This document shows positions 1 to 8,500 of a DNA stretch of 64,000 nucleotides, one piece after another (the stretch's first letter is position 1; every line of letters begins with the position of its first letter). The stretch spans positions 169 through 64,168 of the forward strand of contig CAZAHF010000002.1 in NCBI GenBank assembly GCA_964484995.1. The letters run 5' to 3'. A model generated the notes under the pieces. It worked only from the letters and a program-made list of their open reading frames with translations, searched no databases and was not told the DNA's origin. The position numbers were made by a program, and so were the translations under genes. Source of the stretch: an uncultured Candidatus Bathyarchaeia archaeon (lineage in GTDB: Archaea > Thermoproteota > Bathyarchaeia > Hecatellales > Hecatellaceae).

Positions 1-34
1 AAATCATAGGGAAAGCTTAATTGAAGGAAGTATT

Positions 35-544
35 TTGAGAGATGAAATTATTCATTTACGCCAAAAAGATCAGGTTAAACCAATACCAAAAACTGTTGAA
101 GTCTTTTTTGCTCTTCATGAATATAAAGACTTAACATTGCTAACAATTTTAGAGAAAAAGTGGAAGGCAAATAACTTAGCAAACTTTTTTAGTGAAAAAG
201 TTTTTGGTCTTATAGGCTTTGTTTTAGAAGTTAAAATTCCACCTGAAAACCTTAAAATGTATCATGAACAAAACCCTGAGGGGACAAAAGTAATATTTTT
301 TAGTGATGTAAACATCCCTAACGTAAAAAAGCTATCTCTTTATGGAGCAGACCTTAAAAACTCAGCTCTTTATACGGATTTTCTTTCCCATGGAAACATT
401 TGGTATGTGGTTGTAACCTCTAAAAAGTATGGTTATGTTGTTGGTTTAACTGGGAATGGTATAGTAACAATCTTTAACCAAATAACACCAAAAGATTTTT
501 TAGCTTATGTTAAAGAGGAGGTCTTTCCTTTAATTCAAGCCTAA
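35..544 (+). CDS. hypothetical protein; TTG start at 35, but the frame is open back to the window edge so it may be 5'-partial
   Basis: 169-aa ORF with no recognisable motif; no in-frame stop between nt 2 and 35. Confidence 0.35.
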   Translation: MRDEIIHLRQKDQVKPIPKTVEVFFALHEYKDLTLLTILEKKWKANNLANFFSEKVFGLIGFVLEVKIPPENLKMYHEQNPEGTKVIFFSDVNIPNVKKLSLYGADLKNSALYTDFLSHGNIWYVVVTSKKYGYVVGLTGNGIVTIFNQITPKDFLAYVKEEVFPLIQA

Positions 545-608
545 AAATGTGGATTTGTAGTTTGTTTAACGAAAAGTTTAAACGTTTAATCATTACCTTT
601 TTCAACAA

Positions 609-667
609 GGTTATATAACCTTCCATCCTAAAATAGTTTATAAAGTCTAACTTGAAAAAGTTAGACT
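609..667 (+). promoter_or_regulatory. putative promoter/operator: palindromic TATA-like box GGTTATATAACC (609-620) followed by a perfect 10-bp inverted repeat AGTCTAACTT-gaaa-AAGTTAGACT (644-667), upstream of the SD (675-683) and TTG at 690
   Basis: palindromes read directly from the sequence; position relative to the downstream gene fits an archaeal TATA plus repressor site overlapping the TSS. Confidence 0.4.
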
Positions 668-689
668 CTAACCGTGAGGAGGAAATGTT

Positions 690-1004
690 TTGAAGCTTGA
701 GGGAGAAAAGAAGATTAGACTGGAAACAAAGTTTATCCGTGTCCCACTGATTATCCACACGGTTTTAAAGCGTGATAATAGTTTCACACTTCAAGTTGAA
801 CATTTACAGGTTAGAAGAACAAGCATTAACCTCCCAAAAAATATTCTAAACCTAAGTTCAGAGGAGATAGGTGAATATATAAAAGAGGTTTACCCAAATG
901 CAAAATCCTTTGTTATCCAGTATGAGGAAAGAGATGGGGAAATGGTTCCGTTCTGTGCTCAGCTCTTCATTTCAGGAAGGGTTAGAGAAAAAAGGGTTAG
1001 TTAA
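690..1004 (+). CDS. small hypothetical protein (104 aa), TTG start
   Basis: ORF preceded by a strong SD tgaGGAGGa 7 nt upstream; no recognisable domain. Confidence 0.45.
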   Translation: MKLEGEKKIRLETKFIRVPLIIHTVLKRDNSFTLQVEHLQVRRTSINLPKNILNLSSEEIGEYIKEVYPNAKSFVIQYEERDGEMVPFCAQLFISGRVREKRVS

Positions 1005-2401
1005 CCAAAAATTTTTGACTTAATCTTTTGCCAAATATACTTGGCAAGAACGTTTATCATTAACTCTTTAAAATGTCCCTTTTTAAGGTATCTTAAAGCA
1101 ACACTCGGTCTTAGATAAAAGCTAAAATATGCTTTTTTTACAAGCTTCTGTAGTTCTTCAGGTTTAAGTTCTTTTGTTTTCATTACGGGTTTTAAGACTG
1201 TATACTTAGACCAGTCTTCTGTTAAAAGTAAACCCTCTCTTTTTGCTATCTGATAAAGTTCTGTTCCAGGGAAGGGTGTAGCTATAGAAAACTGAACATA
1301 GTCTGGGTTAAGCTTTTTAGCAAACTTTATTGTTTGCATAGCATCTTCCCATGTTTCACCAGGAATTCCAAAAACAAAAGAAGCTACTGTTTCTATACCA
1401 ACTTCCCTAGCCCAACGCATTACACGTTCAGCCTGTTCAAGCTTTATACCTTTACGTATAAGGTTTACTACTCTTTGAACACCAGACTCAACACCAAAAT
1501 AAATCATAGTACATCCAGCTTTCTTCAAGGTTTGCATAAGCTCCTTATCTATTAGGTCAACTCTACATGAGCAAACCCATTTTGTGTCTAGTTTTCTATC
1601 TATTATTTCTTTACATATCGCTTCAGCTCTTTTCCTGTCAAATGTAAAAGTATCATCAACAAACTCTACATACCTTGTTTTATAGGCTTCCTGAAACTGC
1701 TCAACCTCATCTACAACGTTTTTTGGACTTCTAGCTCTAAACTTTTTACCAAAAAGTAGGGAGGATGAACAGAAGATACAGTTAAAGGGGCAACCTCTAC
1801 TTGTTAAAATTGTTCCAAGAATCATGTTTTCTCCAAAAGCCTTATACTTATCCATAGGAAGCAGATGTCTTGCTGGAAACGGTAGTTCATCAAGATTTTC
1901 TATTAGTGGTCTAGGCTGAGTTTTTATAAGTTCACCATTTTTCCTGTAAACTATCCCCTTAACATCTTTAAGGTCTCCTTCCTTTTCTAAGGTTTGAACA
2001 AGCTCAAGAAGCGTATACTCACCTTCACCAATACATGCAACATCAACAAAAGAATTTTCTTTCATTGTTGTTTCATAAGCAAAAGTAACATGAACCCCAC
2101 CCAAAACAACTGTTGACTCAGGTAAAACGTTCTTAACTGTTCTAGCTGTTTGAAGAGCACTGTTTATCATAGCTGTTGTTGCAGTTATTCCAACCAGGTC
2201 TGGCTCCCGTTTTTCTAGCTCATCTTTAATCTGCCTATAAGATAAACCTAAAACAGGAGCATCCAAAATCTCTACATGATACCCATATTTTTCAAGCACA
2301 GCTGCAAGATAAGTTAAACCCATAGGTGGGGCAATAATACCTGCTGTTGAATAAAGCTCAATTTCACGGGGTATTGGAGGGTTAATTAAAAGAATCTTCA
2401 T
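1001..2401 (-). CDS. B12-binding-domain radical SAM protein (class B radical SAM)
   Basis: N-terminal cobalamin-binding-like Rossmann region (LLINPP...GITA); CPFNCIFC = CxxxCxxC radical SAM cluster motif; 466 aa. Confidence 0.85.
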   Translation of the reverse strand: MKILLINPPIPREIELYSTAGIIAPPMGLTYLAAVLEKYGYHVEILDAPVLGLSYRQIKDELEKREPDLVGITATTAMINSALQTARTVKNVLPESTVVLGGVHVTFAYETTMKENSFVDVACIGEGEYTLLELVQTLEKEGDLKDVKGIVYRKNGELIKTQPRPLIENLDELPFPARHLLPMDKYKAFGENMILGTILTSRGCPFNCIFCSSSLLFGKKFRARSPKNVVDEVEQFQEAYKTRYVEFVDDTFTFDRKRAEAICKEIIDRKLDTKWVCSCRVDLIDKELMQTLKKAGCTMIYFGVESGVQRVVNLIRKGIKLEQAERVMRWAREVGIETVASFVFGIPGETWEDAMQTIKFAKKLNPDYVQFSIATPFPGTELYQIAKREGLLLTEDWSKYTVLKPVMKTKELKPEELQKLVKKAYFSFYLRPSVALRYLKKGHFKELMINVLAKYIWQKIKSKIFG

Positions 2402-2462
2402 ACGCTAACCCTACACCAACAATATTTAGTACGCAGTTAATCCCAGCATAAATTTATCTCCT

Positions 2463-3254
2463 CTACGTTTTTCGTTTTCTTACTTCAGCTATTTTATTTG
2501 CTATAAGCGCTGCAAAAGCCCCCGCTCCAACACCATTATCTATATTAACAACAGCTAAACCAAGACTGCATGATTGAAGCATAGCCATTAAAGCTGATAC
2601 CCCCCTACCACCATACCCATAACCAGTTGATGTTGGAACACCTATAACCGGACAATCAACAAGACTGGCAACAACAGAAGGTAAAGCTCCCTCCATACCA
2701 GCAACAACAACAAAAACATCAACATTTCTTTCTATCATTTCTTTAAGAGGTAGAAAAAGTCTGTGAAGACCAGCAACACCAACATCATAAGCCTTTAAAA
2801 CTTCACAACCCATTCTCTCAGCTACAATAGCAGCCTCCTCAGCAACGGAAATATCAGCTGTTCCAGCGGTTAAAACTCCAATCTTTCCACCAGTCCTTTT
2901 AACCTTAAATCCAGCTTTACTTACAACAACAATTCTAGCTTTATCATAAACCTTAACTTTGAAGCCCCTCTTAAGCTGTCTTTTTAACTCGCGAATATGC
3001 TCTTCTTTTACTCTGCTAACAACAGCTTCACCAACAATTTTTACCATCTCCCTAACAATTTTTACTGTTTCAGAAGGAGATTTATTTTCAGCATAAACAA
3101 TTTCAGGAACCCCCCTTCTCTTAGATCTTCCTAAGTCAAGTTTAGCAAAATTTTCAATGCTTTTTAATGTAAAAAATTTAAGTTGCTTTTCCGCCTCGTC
3201 AACTGAAATTTTCTTTTCTCTAACCTTTCTTAAGATTTCCCTAACACTAACCAA
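2463..3254 (-). CDS. larB: LarB, nickel-pincer nucleotide cofactor biosynthesis carboxylase/hydrolase (PurE-like)
   Basis: 263 aa; C-terminal PurE/AIR-carboxylase-like fold with GVLTAGTAD motif (LarB GTSD-type); N-terminal LarB-specific domain; adjacent to larC. Confidence 0.8.
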   Translation of the reverse strand: MVSVREILRKVREKKISVDEAEKQLKFFTLKSIENFAKLDLGRSKRRGVPEIVYAENKSPSETVKIVREMVKIVGEAVVSRVKEEHIRELKRQLKRGFKVKVYDKARIVVVSKAGFKVKRTGGKIGVLTAGTADISVAEEAAIVAERMGCEVLKAYDVGVAGLHRLFLPLKEMIERNVDVFVVVAGMEGALPSVVASLVDCPVIGVPTSTGYGYGGRGVSALMAMLQSCSLGLAVVNIDNGVGAGAFAALIANKIAEVRKRKT

Positions 3255-3347
3255 GCTTTACCCCAAAAATATTTTTCCTAATAATTCTTACCTTTACAGA
3301 AATAGATATAGTCTTCAACTAAAATTAAAGTATTTTGAGGTATCCTC

Positions 3348-4589
3348 ATGGTTTCTTCCTTAAGAAAACGACTGATGATTATTGACCCTCAACAAGCAGG
3401 AATTTCTGGAGATATGTTTTTAGGAGCACTTCTAAGTTTAGGGGCGGATAAAAAAACTGTTAAAGAAACTATAGCTAAACTTTTAGATTATGTGAGTGGC
3501 TGCGAAAGTTTAGAGTTAATTACAGAAGAAGTTGTTAAGCATGGATTTAAGGGTGTTAGAGCGATAGTTAAGGCAAAAGAAAAAAATGTACATAGAACTG
3601 GGGAGGAAATACAAAATATTGCTAAAAAGTTTTTGGATGAAAACAATCTTTCCGAAAAAGCAAAAAATTTTGTTTGGAAATCTCTTTTAACTCTGTTGGA
3701 AGCTGAAGCAAGAATGCATGGTTCGTCTGTTAAGGATTTACGTTTACATGAAACTGGTTCTGTTGATACGTTAGCGGATATTGTTGGTGTTGCAACAGCT
3801 TTAGAAAATCTGAAGGTTTTTGATGAGAACGTAGAAGTTTTTTCCCTTCCTGTTTGTGTTGGTGGAGGAAAAATTAGAACACCCCACGGAATTCTAAGCA
3901 TACCAACACCAGCAACCTTAGAAATTCTTACCTCAAAAAATTTTCCTTTTTTTGGATTAGAGTTTGAAGCTGAATTAGCTACTCCAACAGGTGTTGCTTT
4001 ACTTGTAAATCTTGCTAAACCAGTTAACAGCTACCCATTAATACATGGAATTAGAGTTGGATATGGTGCTGGCAAAAAAGATTTTGAGTTTACACCTAAC
4101 CTTTTAAGGATAGTTACTGGAGAAAAAATAGACCAATTTGTAGGTGAAGAAATTTACATAGTTGAAACAAACGTTGATGATGTTGACGGTGAAACAGTAG
4201 GATATTTAATTGAAAGATTGATTAACTCCGGTGTTAAGGATGCGTATGTTGTTCCATCTATAGGGAAGAAGAACAGGGTTGTTTTAACCATTAAAGCATT
4301 AACCGATCTAGAGAATCTAAAAAAAACTGTTAACTTAATCTTTAGTGAAACAGGAACTCTTGGGGTAAGGGTTTATTCATGTAGAAGGCTTATTCTTAAA
4401 AGGGAAATTTCTTTTGTTAATGTTAAAGTTGATGATAAGTCTTTTAAGGTAAGAATTAAAACAGCAAAAGACTTAACTGGAAAAATTTTTCAGGTTAAAC
4501 CTGAGTTTGAAGACCTTAGGAAAATTGCTTTAGAAACAGGTAAACCTCTTAGAGAGATAAGAGAAAAAATTAAAAGTTTAATTGGTTAA
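3348..4589 (+). CDS. larC: LarC, nickel insertion (CTP-dependent Ni-chelatase) protein, DUF111/UPF0272 family
   Basis: 413 aa; N-terminal IIDPQQAGISGDMFLGALL motif characteristic of the LarC/DUF111 family; diverges from larB. Confidence 0.8.
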   Translation: MVSSLRKRLMIIDPQQAGISGDMFLGALLSLGADKKTVKETIAKLLDYVSGCESLELITEEVVKHGFKGVRAIVKAKEKNVHRTGEEIQNIAKKFLDENNLSEKAKNFVWKSLLTLLEAEARMHGSSVKDLRLHETGSVDTLADIVGVATALENLKVFDENVEVFSLPVCVGGGKIRTPHGILSIPTPATLEILTSKNFPFFGLEFEAELATPTGVALLVNLAKPVNSYPLIHGIRVGYGAGKKDFEFTPNLLRIVTGEKIDQFVGEEIYIVETNVDDVDGETVGYLIERLINSGVKDAYVVPSIGKKNRVVLTIKALTDLENLKKTVNLIFSETGTLGVRVYSCRRLILKREISFVNVKVDDKSFKVRIKTAKDLTGKIFQVKPEFEDLRKIALETGKPLREIREKIKSLIG

Positions 4590-5707
4590 CCTACAATCTT
4601 TCTTACCTTTTGACTTATATACCTTATATCCTCCTCAGTTAAACCTGCATGGGATGGGAGAGAAAAAACCTGTCTTGCTGCAGCTTCTGTTTTTGGGAGA
4701 GACCGAGGTTTAAACCCAAACTTTCTCCTATAATATGGAGCCATATGAACAGGAGTGGGGTAATAAACTTCAGCTTGAATCCCTGCATTAACAAGTTTTG
4801 TTACAACCTTGTTTCTTTCACCAGCCCTACAGCCTCTTAACCTAACCGTGTAAACATACCATGAATGCTTATAACCTTTAGGTTCAAATGGAAGCTCAAG
4901 TCTTCCAATGTCTTCAAGCATATTTGTTAGTAGATTTGCATTTTTTCTTCTTGCTTCTAAAAGTCTGGGAAGCTTTAAAAGCTGATAGTATCCTATAGCG
5001 GAAGCTATTTCAGACATTCGATAGTTATGTCCAAGCCGTTCACTTGAATGATGTCTACCAACTCCATGGCTTCTTATAGCGTAAAGAGCTTCAGCATTGT
5101 CTCTCCTGTTGGTTGTAACCATTCCTCCTTCACCAGTTGTGATTGTTTTAGACCCGTAAAAGCTAAAACATCCAAAATCTCCAAAAGAACCAGCCTTTTT
5201 ACCCGATAATTCTGCACCAATAGCTTGAGCAGCATCTTCAATAACGATTAGGTCATGTTCCTTTGCAATCCTCATAATTTTTTCCATATCAGCCATTAAA
5301 CCATACATGTGAACAGGTATTATTGCAGCAGTTCTACTGGTTATAGATTCTTCAACAGCAAGAGGGTCGATTGTATAGGTTTTGGGGTCTATATCTACAA
5401 AAACAGGTTTTGCACCAGCTAAAACAACCGCTTCAACAGTTGCAACAAAAGTAAAGCTTGGAACAATAACCTCATCACCCTCACCAATATCAGCTGCAAG
5501 TAAAGCTGCATGTAAGGCTGCTGTTCCTGAACTTACAGTTACCGCATATTTTGTTCCTATATATTTAGCAAAACTTTCCTCAAATTTTTTTGAATAAGGG
5601 CCATCCCCAAACTTTGAGGTAAGCATACCACTTTTTAAAACACCAATAACAGCCTCTATCTCCTCCTTATCAATCATAGGTTGAGCAATAGGGATAATCT
5701 TCCTCAA
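4586..5707 (-). CDS. DegT/DnrJ/EryC1/StrS family PLP-dependent sugar aminotransferase
   Basis: 373 aa; typical DegT family sequence (TVSSGTAALHAAL..., SFYGSKTITTGEGG with PLP-lysine region). Confidence 0.85.
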   Translation of the reverse strand: MRKIIPIAQPMIDKEEIEAVIGVLKSGMLTSKFGDGPYSKKFEESFAKYIGTKYAVTVSSGTAALHAALLAADIGEGDEVIVPSFTFVATVEAVVLAGAKPVFVDIDPKTYTIDPLAVEESITSRTAAIIPVHMYGLMADMEKIMRIAKEHDLIVIEDAAQAIGAELSGKKAGSFGDFGCFSFYGSKTITTGEGGMVTTNRRDNAEALYAIRSHGVGRHHSSERLGHNYRMSEIASAIGYYQLLKLPRLLEARRKNANLLTNMLEDIGRLELPFEPKGYKHSWYVYTVRLRGCRAGERNKVVTKLVNAGIQAEVYYPTPVHMAPYYRRKFGFKPRSLPKTEAAARQVFSLPSHAGLTEEDIRYISQKVRKIVG

Positions 5708-5822
5708 TTTTTTATTTCACCGTTTAAAAAGTAAGAGTCCACTGTAACTTTGTTGATAGTAATTTATTTGTAGTTTAGGGTTTTTAAATTTATTTACAAG
5801 ACAACAATCTTAGGGAATTTTT

Positions 5823-7091
5823 ATGTTGCTAAAAAAACCAAGTGTTTTACTTATTCCAGTAATGTCAAAACTTCATAAAAAGAAAGCTTTAGAGGTTACT
5901 AGAAAGGTGAGAAATCTTTTTAGGAAAGAATTAAAGGTTTTAGGTCCAAAAAAGCCAGTGTTTGATTTAGGTGATTTTTCTAAGATTAAGGTTAGGAATT
6001 TGGATTTTGATGTTGGAGTTGTTTTTGTGGGTAGTGGAGGAACAAGTAAGATTGTTGCTGATATAGCGCTAAACAAAGACTGGTTTATTTTGGCATACGA
6101 TAAAAACAATAGTTTACCTTCAGCTTTAAGTGCAAAAGAAAAAATGGTTTCTATGGGAGGATGGAAAGGAAAACTTGCCTATACAGACCTTCAAAAAGTT
6201 CCGGATGAAATAGTTAACACTGCGTATGTATCTCAAATTTTAAAGCTGCTCAAAAAAGTTAGGATTGGAGTTTTTGATAAGAAAGATCAAAAACTAAGAG
6301 ACAGCATAGAGTTTGTTAAAAAATGTTTTCAGGTTAAAGTTTCAGTTTTTCCTCTTGGAAAGTTGTTATCAACAGTAAGGGAAGTTCAGGTTAAAAATGT
6401 TGAAAATGAGTTAAACAAGAAAATTGGTAGGATAAAGATTCATAAGGTTTCAAAAAAAGATTTGGTTGAAGCTTTTAGGCTTTATTTGGCTTTAAAAAAG
6501 ATTATTAGGGCTAAGAATTTAAGTTGTGTAACGTTTGATTGTTTTGAGTATTTAAAAAGTTTAAGGGAAACACCCTGTCTTGCTTTTTCACTTTTAAACA
6601 ATGAGGGTTTTCAAGGTGTTTGTGAAAACGAGGTTTTATATGCGCCTTTAATGTTTATTATGGCAAACCTAACCAAAAGACCAGTTTGGATTGCTAATCT
6701 TGCAAAAATTAGCCTAAAAGATAATACTGTTATGCTTACCCATTGTACAGCAGCAACAAAACTTTCTGATGGGAAAAGAAACGTTTTAATTAAACCTCAT
6801 TTTGAGTCTGGTTTAAGTGTTTCTTTAGATGTTCCCTTAGAAAGAGGCTTTGTTACATTAGCACATTTAAGGTTAAATCCACCATCCATAGTTATTGCTG
6901 AAGGATGTCTTCTAAAGTCTCAGATTGGGTTAAGAGATGAGTGTAGAACTCAAGCCTATATAAAGTTGGATGGAAACCTCCAAAAATTTGTTAAATTAAC
7001 TGGGAACCACCATGTTGTTGGTTATGGTAAACATGCTTCAGCTTTAGCTTTAATAGCAGAAAGAATAGGTTTAGCCTACTACACGACCTAA
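5823..7091 (+). CDS. hypothetical protein with L-arabinose/L-fucose isomerase-like C-terminal region
   Basis: 422 aa; C-terminal LTGNHHVVGYGKHASALALIAERIGL resembles the AraA/FucI signature ILAGGAHHTVFS...; VCENE... segment resembles the CEGDWK active-site region; N-terminus unassigned. Confidence 0.4.
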   Translation: MLLKKPSVLLIPVMSKLHKKKALEVTRKVRNLFRKELKVLGPKKPVFDLGDFSKIKVRNLDFDVGVVFVGSGGTSKIVADIALNKDWFILAYDKNNSLPSALSAKEKMVSMGGWKGKLAYTDLQKVPDEIVNTAYVSQILKLLKKVRIGVFDKKDQKLRDSIEFVKKCFQVKVSVFPLGKLLSTVREVQVKNVENELNKKIGRIKIHKVSKKDLVEAFRLYLALKKIIRAKNLSCVTFDCFEYLKSLRETPCLAFSLLNNEGFQGVCENEVLYAPLMFIMANLTKRPVWIANLAKISLKDNTVMLTHCTAATKLSDGKRNVLIKPHFESGLSVSLDVPLERGFVTLAHLRLNPPSIVIAEGCLLKSQIGLRDECRTQAYIKLDGNLQKFVKLTGNHHVVGYGKHASALALIAERIGLAYYTT

Positions 7092-7436
7092 TTTTTGAAT
7101 AAAAAAACTGTTTATTTTTGGTGTATGACACTGCATTGCAGTGCATTACACATCTATAAGTTCTTTTTTGTTAGAGGTTACCAGCATCTTTCTTATTATG
7201 GTAAATTAAGGTTCTGGAAGCAATTTAGTCGTTGAGTGGGAAAAGTGAAAGAAACCCATTTAACATTGGTATATGGGATAAAACATTTAAAGCAAGGGTT
7301 GACTGGCAGAACAAGAAAGTGATATTGGCAGAGATGCCTAAGTAATATAAGAATTTGATAAAGATATATTGGAATCAAGGCAAGGAGAAGGTGGATGAAA
7401 AGATTGATGAAATAATAGTAGTTGGAAGGTGACCCC

Positions 7437-7664
7437 ATGAATATGAAAAATAAGCTCTGGATGAATGGATTTTTAGGTTTTTTAGGGTTTCTTGGATTTG
7501 AAGCTTTCAAACTACACAATCCTTGGTATTTGTTTTACTTTTGTTTCTTTGCATTCTTTACCCATTTCAAGTATCTTAAAGAAGAACTCAAGTATTTAGG
7601 TTTACTTGGTGTGGTTGGATTAATCGTAGCAATACTTGGAGTTATAGGAATAATAAAGGTGTAG
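7437..7664 (+). CDS. small putative membrane protein (about 75 aa, two hydrophobic segments, GFLGFLGFLGF repeat)
   Basis: ATG at 7437 is 5 nt downstream of GGAAGGTGA, a good match to the archaeal anti-SD complement; two TM-like stretches; no homolog recognised. Confidence 0.3.
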   Translation: MNMKNKLWMNGFLGFLGFLGFEAFKLHNPWYLFYFCFFAFFTHFKYLKEELKYLGLLGVVGLIVAILGVIGIIKV

Positions 7665-7774
7665 AAAATGATTCATGCTTTACTTACTCTTCACAGTTTC
7701 CGTTACTTTATCCAAACCTCCTAATGGAAGCTTCGCTTAACGGCATAATGTCATAATCAACAGTAAGTTTACAG

Positions 7775-7790
7775 AACCGTAAATAAAAAG
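7775..7790 (+). promoter_or_regulatory. archaeal BRE/TATA-like element aaaaag-ATTTATATAT
   Basis: consensus-like TTTATATA box with a purine-rich BRE, about 165 nt upstream of the rpoK ATG. Confidence 0.3.
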
Positions 7791-7955
7791 ATTTATATAT
7801 TGTTTGATTTTAGATGGTTTAGCATCAACTTCTTTTTTGTGTTGTATGGTGGAGGCTTTGAGGAGAGGAAAACCCTATAACTTTTGCCACGGAAACTTTA
7901 AAAACAGCGAATTAAGTTTTAGGATGAAAATAAAAAGCTGTTTAAGGAGTTTTGA

Positions 7956-8291
7956 TGAAAAATTATCACTCTAAAAGTTTTAGAAAAGGAGAAGGGTTGG
8001 GGGGTTGATTTAGACATCGAAACAACTTTTATTGGGCCTCCAAGATTAACAAGATTTGAGAAAGCAAGAGTGGTTGGGGCTAGGGCTCTTCAAATTGCGC
8101 TTGGAGCCCCTGTTTTAATTACCCCACCACCTAATGTTACAAGACCTGTAGAAATAGCTTTACTTGAGTTTGAAAAAGGAATTTTACCTATTACAATAAG
8201 AAGAAGATTACCAGATGGAACCTATGCCTACATCTCACTTCAAACTCTTCTTAAGCTTGAAAAGGAAGCAAGAGAAAGAAAGAGAATATAG
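7956..8291 (+). CDS. rpoK: DNA-directed RNA polymerase subunit Rpo6/K (RpoK)
   Basis: TRFEKARVVGARALQIALGAPVLI matches the conserved RpoK/Rpb6 core ([21 protein letters not shown]); the ORF-track GTG at 8070 would cut the conserved helix, so the start is placed at ATG 7956 with AAGGAG SD 6 nt upstream. Confidence 0.7.
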
Positions 8292-8500
8292 GTGTTTACA
8301 CGGTGTCTATTTAACCTTAAACCTTCTCTCTTTTTTTAGGAGAAACATATAGATTAAAACTGAGAGAAGAGTTGGAAAATAAAGGACTATAATTTCAAAT
8401 TCTAATGTAAAAATTTTTACAAAGAAGCTTTCTATAAACCACAGAAGAAAAGAAACTATAATTAGGGTTAATGAAGCAGAAAACCAGCCTTCTCTATCTC

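Noticed and set aside
510-758. Antisense or overlapping short ORFs from the track (for example 510-758, 1334-1555, 3157-3363, 3488-3901, 4649-4840, 5382-5597, 5873-6109, 10479-10784, 15024-15248, 16783-16974, 17720-18400, 24527-25021, 25798-26247, 43867-44761, 45335-46588, 50818-51269, 53573-53761 and 57458-58177)
   Set aside because: They lie inside, and opposite to, long ORFs with clear homology. Their translations are low-complexity Ser/Thr/Leu-rich antisense products of AT-rich coding DNA.
5980-6060. GSGGTS motif in the 5823-7091 protein, as a possible PP-loop (missing LarE?)
   Set aside because: The PP-loop signature is SGGxDS. The Asp is absent and the rest of the protein resembles a sugar isomerase, not a LarE/ATP-pyrophosphatase.
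7129-7143. Hairpin CACTGC-att-GCAGTG after the oligo-T/oligo-A tract downstream of the 5823-7091 gene
   Set aside because: A short 6-bp stem next to a T-rich archaeal terminator. It is likely just part of transcription termination, not a distinct element.
7394-7460. UGAUGA-like word (7395-7400) that could be a C box of a second C/D sRNA
   Set aside because: No CUGA D' or D box at the expected 12-nt spacing. The region is better explained as promoter, SD and start of the small membrane ORF.
7196-7519. 107-aa minus-strand ORF in the large intergenic region
   Set aside because: Composition is typical of non-coding AT-rich sequence and there is no SD. It overlaps the better-supported + strand small membrane ORF and its promoter.
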